Source: Eukaryota sp. TZLM1-RC
Lineage: Eukaryota > Protista > Metamonada: BaSk clade
NCBI GenBank assembly: GCA_040285825.1
Contig: JAUPSS010000006.1
Location: forward strand, 1,460,070 to 1,524,069
Length of the DNA stretch: 64,000 nucleotides
Direction: 5' to 3'
In this document: positions 1 through 9,703 of the stretch, piece after piece
How the letters are laid out: each line of letters opens with the position of its first letter
How positions within the stretch are numbered: the first letter of the stretch is position 1
Notes under the pieces: model-generated
Databases searched by the model: none
What the model was told of the DNA's origin: nothing
Seen by the model: the letters and a program-made list of their open reading frames with translations, nothing else
Program-made: the position numbers and the translations under genes

Positions 1-1344
1 AGCCCATTTTCTGAAAAATTTTCCTTCAGTTTTGCCCAAATCAGTTTCGGAGACCCGTGGGTGTGCTGTTTTGTTCAATTCGGAGGAATTCACATCAATA
101 TTGCAACAGTATTCTCATTTTGTTTACAATTTGTTTGCATATCCGTTTGTAACGTATTTTGATACGGCATCTGAGTCGTTATTTAGTACTTATGAAGCAC
201 AACTTGTTCAGTTATCAAATATTAAAGCTGCACTACATGTTTCAGCCAGGGAAGATATCAATTGTGCTCCTAGTCAAGTTTCTCCTATTAATGGTAAACC
301 TTGTTATGTTTATAAGATGGATGCAAACTTTAATATGCGCAATTTAATCAAAATTTCATTTTGTCAATTATCAAACCTAATTTTCAATTTGTTAAATACT
401 TACGATCCCATTGTCGATTACCGCTTCCCTTTTAAACATGCGGCTCTCAATGGGCCTAATCAACATCTCTCCGTCATTAATTTTCAACCTTTCGCCAGCG
501 ACGAAGATGCACTTCAAGCTCTAGAAAATTTTTTTCAAGGAGGTAGGGTACATCCAAGCCGTTTTTCTTATGAATGTGATCATTCAGTTCCAGTACATTC
601 TGGAATGAAAAACATTTGCCAAGAATTTAGCGACTTATCACCAAAAGGAAAATATGTTACTTGCGTCCAACGGAAATCACCGTGTATTGGACTAACAACT
701 GCTATTTATTTTGCATTATCGAAATTAAACAATGTGGTTTGTTATCAATTGGAGAAATTTGTGTCTGATACCCCGGACAAAGTATATGAAAGTCTTATCT
801 ATATTAACAGTGTAGTTTTTATTTTTGTAAGGATTTGCCGTTGAACAATGTACACAAACTCATGAATACACTTAGCCAGAGACACTTTCAGTTTTTTCAT
901 TTGGTGTACATTGGAAACAAGTTACCGGCCTTGAAAGAAAGGATGTTTCGATACAAAAAAATACACGTATGAAATGAATCTTTATAGAGACAATTTTATT
1001 TCTACTTTGAACAAACGTTGTGATCAATTAAACAAAAAACTAGGACGACATGTTGAAAAGATTTCTTATATATAGGAATTGCATTATTTAAGAAGAATTT
1101 TTCCTTAGCTGAGACTACAGTTAAGAGTTTGCTCGATTCAATGTGGAAGAAACTGAACGATCGAGATAAAGGACTATTTCTATTTTATTGTCTTGTTTTC
1201 GGTGACTGGGAAATCAGAACAATTTCCCCTTGATTTATTCACTTCTGAAAGATTTCATTCTAATTTTGAAAAGTTGCCTTGTTTTAACAGAATTATTCTC
1301 CCTGCTGTTGGAGCTGGTACAGGTCTATTTTGTTAAATAGAACT
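1..1344 (+). pseudogene. SAMD9-like STAND NTPase gene, copy 1 (5' end outside window; 3'-truncated at duplication junction)
   Basis: ORF 32..844 contains ENFFQGGRV and RKSPCIGLTTAIYFAL. The copy ends at tagaact|aaaaaaacgtctgag. Confidence 0.55.
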
Positions 1345-4300
1345 AAAAAAACGTCTGAGTGAATATTTGAGTTTTATCAATTCTATGATTAGTTTTATGA
1401 TTAACATACCTAATACTTCAGTACTGACAATTTGTTACAAAGGGTCAATGGACTGAGAAGAATTATTTTCCGATTGTGAAGGCTGTTTACATTATCTTGC
1501 ACAGTGAAGAAACTGTTGAGATAGAGCCTTTGAAAACCAAGTTAGCTGACCTCCCTAGTCTCCTTGATGTGAAGCCTTACCCTTATAAAATTAATCTCAT
1601 TAGTGCCATGTCCTACTATTTAAATTTCGTACCAGATTTTTCGTGTTCATTATCTCTTTGATATAGCCTCGAAAAGATCTATTTGGATGATAGAGTTCTT
1701 CGTTAGTGACAAGCGCTTAATGATCAAGAATACAATTCCTATGCTCTACAAAAACCTTATACAAACTTACTTCAGTCGCATTGAAAATAGGCCCGTTCAT
1801 TTTCGAGACCTTGATAAAAGTCAAAAAGCCCATTTTCTGAAAAATTTTCCTTCAGTTTTGCCCAAATCAGTCTCGGAGACCCGTGGGTGTGCTGTTTTGT
1901 TCAATTCGGAGGAATTCACATCAATATTGCAACAGTATTCTCATTTTGTTTACAATTTGTTTGCATATCCGTTTGTAACGTATTTTGATACGGCATCTGA
2001 GTCGTTATTTAGTACTTATGAAGCACAACTTGTTCAGTTATCAAATATTAAAGCTGCACTACATGTTTCAGCCAGGGAAGATATCAATTGTGCTCCTAGT
2101 CAAGTTTCTCCTATTAATGGTAAACCTTGTTATGTTTATAAGATGGATGCAAACTTTAATATGCGTAATTTAATCAAAATTTCATTTTGTCAATTATCAA
2201 ACCTAATTTTCAAATTGTTAAATACTTACGATCCCATTGTCGATTACCGCTTCCCTTTTAAACATGCGGCTCTCAATGGGCCTAATCAACATCTCTCTGT
2301 CATTAATTTTCAACCTTTCGTCAGCGACGAAGATGCACTTCAAGCTCTAGAAATTTTTTTTCAAGGAGGTAGGGTACATCCAAGCCGTTTTTCTTATGAA
2401 TGTGATCATTCAGTTCCAGTACATTCTGGAATGAAAAACATTTGCCAAGAATTTAGCGACTTATCACCAAAAGGAAAATATGTTACTTGCGTCCAACGGA
2501 AATCACCGTGTATTGGACTAACAACTGCTATTTATTTTGCATTATCGAAATTAAACAATGTGGTTTTGTTATCAATTGGAGAAATTTGTGTCTGATACCC
2601 CGGACAAAGTATATGAAAGTCTTATCTATATTAACAGTGTAGTTCTATTTTTGTAAGGATTTGCCGTTGAACAATGTACACAAACTCATGAATACACTTA
2701 GCCAGAGACACTTTGAGTTTTTTTCATTTGGTGTACATTGGAAACAAGTTACCGGCCTTGAAAGAAAGGATGTTTCGATACAAAAATACACGTATGAAAT
2801 GAATCTTTATAGAGACAATTTTATTTCTACTTTGAACAAACGTTGTGATCAATTAAACAAAAAAAACTAGGACGACATGTTGAAAAAGATTTCTTATATA
2901 TAGGAATTGCATTATTTAAGAAGAATTTTTCCTTAGCTGAGACTACAGTTAAGAGTTTGCTCGATTCAATGTGGAAGAAACTGAACGATCGAGATAAAGG
3001 ACTATTTCTATTTTATTGTCTTGTTTTCGGTGACTGGGAAATCAGAACAATTTCCCCTTGATTTATTCACTTCTGAAAGATTTCATTCTAATTTTGAAAA
3101 GTTGCCTTGTTTAACAGAATTATTCTCCCTGCTGTTGGAGCTGGTACAGGTCTATTTTGTATAAATAGAACTGTTGCTGAAATAATTTGTTCTTCTTCAA
3201 CCAACTCTGGCGAATCAACTATTATGAATGCTTTTTCGTCTTCTTTGGGATTCTGGAAGCGAAGCATGGTTTCATTCTGTTTTTTTATAAAGGTTATTCG
3301 AAAGTTATTTCTTAATCGAAGAGGTAAAATTAAAAATTCAACCAAAAGATGCTTTTGATCTCTATTTTTTTAATCCGATGTACTAGCGAAAATCTTCCTT
3401 CAGAATTATTATATAGTCAGCTTCAATGTTCGTTTTTGAAAATTTGTGCAAAAAGAGGGATTCGAAGTTGAAAAACTTATAGATGAAGCCATTTGTATTT
3501 TTTTAACAACAGTGGCAAAATTGTTGAAAAAAATTTGGAGATTACGATGTGCCTGAAGGTTTTTGTTAAAGAACGTCAAATTTCTCAGTTCTTCACTATT
3601 CTAGGGGATACATTCCGTTATTTTGCTCAAAATTTGCATTCCAGGAGAGCACACTGTTTGGATCTCTCGTTGATTTCCTATCAACAGGCATTGGCTGAGG
3701 ATTCCGGGTCTACTTTTTGCAGCGCATGGATTTTTTTATTGACATATTGTTGTTGTTATTTTTTTCGGGTAGAAATGATTTGGCTAACCGTTTTTCCACC
3801 AGCGAGTATCTCACACATGAGTTATTTATTTCTTTAGTTGAAAAATCCCCAGATTCCGTCCTTCAATTTGATTCATGGTTTTACGAGTATGGGAGAATTT
3901 TTTTGCTGTCTCACAGTTTTGAAGCATTGTCTGATGATGAGCAACTAGCAGTTGGTAGAATATGGTCTTTTTTTCTTCATAAGTAAGATGTTATCTTTTG
4001 ACGATCGAAATTTGGTTTGGGATAATGATACTGTTGCTGAGTATATCAAAATTCCTCAATCGCGACTATTGTTGCAACATGATGAAGATGATGATAATTC
4101 AGATTGTTTTACATTGGCAACTGTTGTGGAGAAAGACCACCGAAATCTATCTTTAGAGGCAGCTACTCTGTTTCTTTACGGTGAAACTGATTGTGAATCT
4201 GTATTTAATAATTTGGAAGATGTTTTCACTAGTAGTAGTAGTAAAAAAACTGTACACTAACTACAATGCTCCAATTATATTTTAAGCCTGATTTATTCCG

Positions 4301-4595
4301 ATCCAAGAATTTCAACATTGTTCTTATTGATGACCAATTTATAAATCAACAATCCTGTTATCTTGAACTAAGAGATTCCAAATATAGGCTGTGTAAGGCA
4401 CAGCAGGATTCTTACATGTTCATGCCAGCTGCGTTGACCAAAGACAGTGTAGGCAGCATGAATGTGAGAACTCTATCAAATGACCAATTGCCCGTCACAG
4501 TATTTTGTGATTCAAATGCTATTATTATTTTCTCCAAAATAAACCCTACCTTAAAAATTTCACCAAAAAAACCCTGTGATTGTTTATTAAGGTAG
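1345..4595 (+). CDS. SAMD9-like STAND NTPase/TPR-like protein, copy 2 (H-type, lacks first ~130 bp; homopolymer frameshifts)
   Basis: ORFs 1476..1661, 1687..2595, 2661..2870, 3107..3358, 3493..3837, 3717..3986, 3952..4260 and 4266..4595 tile one reading frame broken at A/T runs. The family assignment rests on motif colinearity. Confidence 0.6.
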
Positions 4596-4769
4596 ATGAG
4601 TCTATTTAAAAAGCTTAGTTTTTTTGTTTATATTTGAAAAAAACCCTGCTGTTTCACAACTTCCACAATGTTTCAGAACATATGCATGAACCATTGCGAA
4701 TGAGTTTTCATCGGTTACCTTATCTTATATTTGTTGTTATATGTTATAGACTATTTTATTTTTTGCATA

Positions 4770-5075
4770 AATATGTTTGAACATTCCTATTGATCAATTA
4801 TCACTAAAAAGTGTATTCAAATTCACCACAGCTCACTTTGCATCATGCTCTGAATTGTTCGGAATTGATAACTGATTGTTCTTCATAACATGATGCTGTT
4901 AGAGGCACTGTGTTCAATATGGCATGAACTGCCTGAATCTGGTGTATTAAAGAGCCTCTGGTGAAAGATGAACTGTCATTGAATATTTTTAGTTGATGAC
5001 AGGGGTGATATATAATGCGATAGGGTTGCGGACTCTAAAGCTGCTGTTGACGTTGTCTTCTGTAATGTGCCAAAT
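4770..5075 (+). mobile_element. Decayed CRE-like Zn knuckle/RLE fragment
   Basis: LNIPIDQ...HHALNCS...HDAVR...KEPL...RGDIxCD...VDVVFCN with in-frame stops. Confidence 0.78.
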
Positions 5076-5077
5076 GA

Positions 5078-5690
5078 GAATTAGTTTTTTTGTCAATTTG
5101 AATTTTTATTAAGTGTTGTAGTTCAATAAAACAATTCAATTATGTAAGGAGGTTGAAACAATTTTTTTCTTCTTATTGTTACAAATATTTGTTGCGAAAC
5201 TCTTTTTGAGGAAATTCAGCAATTGACACATGGTTATAAAACACGAGATCACAATCCAAGGAATAAATTGGATTTGTTGAGTTGGCATTCATCTTAATGA
5301 ATGTTTAGTGGAATTACTTCTTATTAATTAATACTAAGTAATATTTTTTTGTAGTTTCCATTTTACAGGATTATAAAGATTGACTGGAGTTTGCTCAGTT
5401 GGGTTTTTTTCTGTAGTTATAAAAAAACATAATTCATTTTTGGAGTCAAAATCAAAAAAATATTTCTTGTATTTCAGTACCCAGACTTAATAGCACTCAA
5501 TTTATTGAACCAACATTCCCTGTGTTTTTTTGAAATGAACTGAGGAGAGAATGAAACACAAATTTCAAATTATGAGCCATTTTGATAGAGCATCAGCACT
5601 TGAATGAGTAAATCGTATATGTGTAATTACGGGTAATGTTGCTTTCTAAATAATTATTTTAAATGAATTAACGTTTAAAGATTACGGTTA
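5078..5690 (+). pseudogene. Decayed member of an unidentified multigene family (repeated in each unit)
   Basis: Shares a ~150 bp 5' block with 8724..8875. The frame M*GG*NNFLLIVTNICCETLFEEIQQ... has many stops. Confidence 0.4.
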
Positions 5691-5699
5691 ACTTTATAG

Positions 5700-6353
5700 A
5701 ACATCTTCAATTTAGATTTTTAAGAATGCTTTCAATTCTGTATCTCGTTCTTCCATTTTTACCTTTGCTGCAAAAAGCATTTTTCCTGAAGTTGAGCCTT
5801 TTTTTCTATTCATTTTTATGGAAAATCATCCACATTGGTCTATGAAAAACTTTGACCTGTTTTCGTCTTCAGGTGTTAAACAAGGTGATCCACTTGGTCC
5901 TTTTTTTCTTTTTGTCTGGCAATTCATCCATTAATGTGCGAATTGAAAGAAAAAAATTCCCAGAAATAGATATTGTAGCATATATGGATGACATTTCTGT
6001 AATTTTTAACGCCGCAAAAAAGAAGATAAAAAAAATATGAAGAACCTTTGGCACAGTTAGGTAGAGTGGAACATGTGAAATATCAGTTTGTGCCGTTTGC
6101 AATTTCTCTTTTTGGCAATATTGGACCTTCAGGGTTGCACTTTTTTTGAAAATTTCAAAAAAAGTGTTACTGAATAGGTCTGGTAAAACAATGAACTCCA
6201 CTTTCTGGATAAATAGAATTGTTTTCTGCATTTTCAAGTCTATTCCAACATTGATTTCAAAGGCGCTTTTTAGCTATTGGTGTAGAATATGAACGTAATG
6301 CTGTGAGTAGGTTCAGTAATAGTGACGCTTGTTTGGAGGATATTGAATTCTAG
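5700..6353 (+). mobile_element. Internally deleted RLE-type (CRE-like) non-LTR retrotransposon: RT core fused to RLE C-terminus
   Basis: LDFKNAFNSVSR...GVKQGDPLGPFFFCLAIHP...AYMDDISVI joins directly to KKKIKKYEE...FVPFAISLFGNIG...FWINRIVFCIFK...EDIEF*. Confidence 0.88.
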
Positions 6354-7167
6354 ATGGTTTTTTTATCTCAATAATTATTCCAGTTTTAAAAATAAATTAA
6401 AGTATTATAAAATGTTTTTTATAGAACTATTTACAATAATTAATCACAAATTGATATCAATACATTCCCTCTACCACGATACTGAAAGTTTTGTTTTTTT
6501 GAACTGGGTCCATCCAAACAGTGATCAGTTGGTGATACAATTTTGTTATGGTTTTTTTGTGCTGTTGCCAGCATAAATTTTTGCTTATTAAAAAGACGGC
6601 TTAACCTCAAGGAAATTGTGTAAATTTTTTTATTAATTGAGAAACAGAATTATGTATATGGGTTGATGAAAAAAATTCTTCCAGTATTTCCTCAAATGAG
6701 ATATTTTTGTTCAATAAGTACTGTGCAAATACTGTAATAAATATGAATATAATATACTATATATAATAATTATATTGTGCAACCTTGCCAATCCAAATGT
6801 CTTTAATATAAAGTCTTGGATCATTTGTTTTTAAGCTTATTTATTGAACTCAATCAATCAACCTGTGTCGTCTAGTATGGGAAATATATGGTTTTGAATG
6901 CTCAATACAAAACGACTGATCAGAAAAATCGAATGTACGACCACTTTCTTTGAGAAGATTTCCTAAATCATTTGAAAAAAATTGAGATCTAAAAAAATGG
7001 CCGTGTTCTTCCTGATGCCCAAGAAGCAAAAAAATCTTGTTCAGTTCTTCAACTGCTTATTCTTCCTCCTGTAAGGTTTTTAACTGCACTATTTTTCGGT
7101 CTTTTCGTTTCCTTTTTTTCAATGGTCACATCATTCTGAAGCAGATGAATCGAATTTCATTGAGTAC

Positions 7168-8640
7168 TGTTATCTCTTTGACCATTTTTTTGGAAATCAT
7201 TCAATAAAGTTTCTGCTTCATCTGATAATCTTCCATTTATCGAAAAATAGGAAAGCAATAAAAACCAGCTGTGTATTTCTATCAACATTAGCCTCCTCAG
7301 TATCTGTATCATATTTTTCTATGTCTTTCTTTTTGCTTTTAAAATCAAGAACACTTACAGGACCAAGTTTTTCCTCTGTGAACAACAGTATCATTTGCAT
7401 CATTACATGAGACAAAGTCAAAAGTAGCTTCAGAATTATCAATCCAATCACAGTATACAGCAACTTTATCACCACAACCAAAATAATTCTGAGAACGTGT
7501 TTGCTTTTAGCAGAGGCTCTTTGTTACACGATATGCTTACAGTTTGTGCTATATTGAAAAGAGTGTCTCTAGCAGGATCATGTAATGAAGAACGATAAGT
7601 TATCAATTTAGAACAATTCAGAGCATGGCGCAAAAGTGAGTTGAGGTGAATTCGAACAAATACATTTTTTTCTTTTTGATAATAGTTGATTAATGGGGAT
7701 ATTCAAATATAATCTCATTTTTTTATTACAAATGCATCATTAGTAACACACAGTCCAAATCTTCGTGGTACAATTTTTTTACAAAAAAAGTGAAGAATCT
7801 GATGACTGGCATTCACAAACACCCTTTTTCCAATAACAATGAGTGAAGATTGTGATTTAAAACAGCCGAGCTGCATATATATATTATAAAGATCAGTTTC
7901 ATACATTCCAGTCAATCGTTTCTAAAATGTTCGAAGAGTGTATTTTTAAATTTAATAGATTCTTTTTCTGGAATATTGCAATACAATGATGGAAAGCATC
8001 GACTCCATTTTTTTCTACATCAATTTTTTTGAAATTTCTTTATTTAATACGAAAAACAGTAGAACTTTTGCGTTATAAAAATTTTCCCGATCTGCAAATA
8101 TTTCGGAAAACTCAAAGATTGCGTTTTTGCATCCCCCAATAAAAACACACGAAGTCAGAATAGAAGCCCTCATCCAACTTAAAACCGCCATAATGTGGAC
8201 TAAGGTAAGCATGGTCTGGAATTTAGAACATTTTACATCCCAAAAAAATTGTGACAAAAACATTTGCACCTAACTCATCAAACTTCTGAGCCAAAGGCCT
8301 AGTGGAAAGAGGATTTTTAGATCGAAATATATGATTGAAGTTGGAATTAAAACACAGTCTTATAATGGTAAATTTGATATGTCTCTGTACATCTATAGTC
8401 ATCATTCGGTCAATTGTATCGGAAATTGAGTTCAACTTTTTTTAAACATTGTTTTTGGTAATGTCATCATTATTTCCTAAAAACGAACCCAAATGACGAA
8501 TAGCATCAATTGAATATAATTCGGCTTGAGGTATAATTATAATACAGTTTGAACAACATCATGATTTTTGAAGCAAATTTGTAGTCCAAATGTTGATATT
8601 CCTTTGTGCTATTTTTACAAAAAAAATCATAAGGTATTTC
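7168..8640 (-). mobile_element. Inverted CRE-like non-LTR fragment (RT domains 6-7 and thumb, linker, Zn knuckle, RLE), truncated at both ends
   Basis: The minus strand reads GLQICFK, IRHLGSFLG, IIRLCFNSNFNHIFRS, LSPHYGG, VPRRFGLCVTNDAF, MRLYLNIP, CIC, HALNC, LHDPARD, KEPLL, KY and LVFIAF. Confidence 0.85.
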
Positions 8641-8723
8641 AATCTGTTCATGTTACTGCAGTGTTTTTCAAAATTGTTTTTTTGCAAATGGTTAATTTAT
8701 CAACTTCCATTCAGGTATTAAAT

Positions 8724-9200
8724 AGAATTAGTTTTTTTGTCAATTTAAACTTAAGTTTAAATTTAAGTGTTGTAGTTTAATAATGTAATTCAATTATGTC
8801 TGGAGGTTGAAACAATTTTTTTCTTATTGCTACATATAATTGTTGGGAAACTCTTTTTGCGGAAATAATAAGCTGAGATGAGATGATGATGCAAGGGATT
8901 TGTATTTGATGTAGGGTTGGACGATGCGTATCCGTAACTGTTACGTTACGTTAAATAACAGTAACTGGAACGTATTCTGAGCTCCAACCGCAACAACCAC
9001 ATTGCTACAATTCTGGGCACAGAATCTAACCTCGAAAACAGTATAAAACTGAATGTACGACCACTTTCTGTGAGAAGATTTCCTAAATCATCTAATCAAT
9101 TGAGATCTTCAGTTCCAAGGGTACCAAAAAAATTGAAAATGCAATTGGAACAAATTTTTATGTTTCTGTCCCTTTTTTTCCTTTTTTTGTCGCTTTTTTT
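8724..9200 (+). pseudogene. Paralogous decayed member of the same family (repeated in each unit)
   Basis: 5' block similar to 5078-5220. The segment aatgtacgaccactttctNtgagaagatttcctaaatc is shared with 6933-6970. Confidence 0.4.
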
Positions 9201-9202
9201 GA

Positions 9203-9490
9203 AAGTCATTCAAAATTGCACTGGTTTAATTTCTCAGCAACCAAGGCTATTCGGTCTTCACCTAACAAATGAATCTTGAAAACAAAACATGCGTTTGAGA
9301 TTAGGGCTGTATCCAAGTGAACTTTTTGAATAATTTGCTTGTATTTGTAACAAAAAAACCGTCTGTCAATTTCCGTCGTATTGTGAGTTGTAAGAAATTT
9401 CTTCAATATCGGCCAGTTCTTCATAATGCTGTTCGTGATCCTAAGAATTATTCACAGTTTGGGTTTGTACATTAAGAGTAGAACCTTTGC
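9203..9490 (+). mobile_element. CRE-like linker/Zn knuckle fragment of a further subfamily
   Basis: LISQQPRLFGLHLTNES*KQNMRLRLGLYPS...CIC...IVSCKK...VLHNAVRD...VEPL. Confidence 0.78.
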
Positions 9491-9703
9491 AGCCACCAAG
9501 TAAAATAAGCTTCGGATGAATTAACTTCTCAACTGTTGAGAAACTTTTTGTGTGGAATTCACCAAGGTAAAAAGACTCTAGAAAGTGCAATGATTTCAGA
9601 ATTGTTGCTCGTATGATATCAAAAAGGAGCTCATGTTTGAGACTTTTTCCGGAATTCAGTGTCTAACGTAAAGAAAGAAGAATGAATACGTATAACAAAG
9701 GAC

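Noticed and set aside
1359-1421. Possible short intron (gtgaat...cctaatacttcag) in the H-type 5' region
   Set aside because: One frame is open through it (RLSEYLSFINSMISFMINIPNTSV) and homopolymer ambiguity prevents a call without transcripts.
3088-3345. Short antisense or alternative-frame ORFs (for example 3088..3345 -, 159..347 +, 5869..6237 -)
   Set aside because: They are shadows of the main gene or retro frames and recur only because the DNA is repeated.
5700-6010. Retron, DGR, group II intron or defence-associated RT paired with the STAND gene
   Set aside because: The motifs (DFKNAFNSVSR, QGDPLGP, YMDD) with the knuckle and RLE tail are non-LTR retrotransposon type. The RT is truncated, and I saw no TR/VR pair or msr/msd.
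9509-9703. UGA=Trp alternative genetic code, suggested by runs of in-frame TGA
   Set aside because: All seven or so Trp codons in the main gene body, and conserved Trp in the retro fragments, are TGG, and no TGA read-through is needed. CGA>TGA decay explains the stops better.
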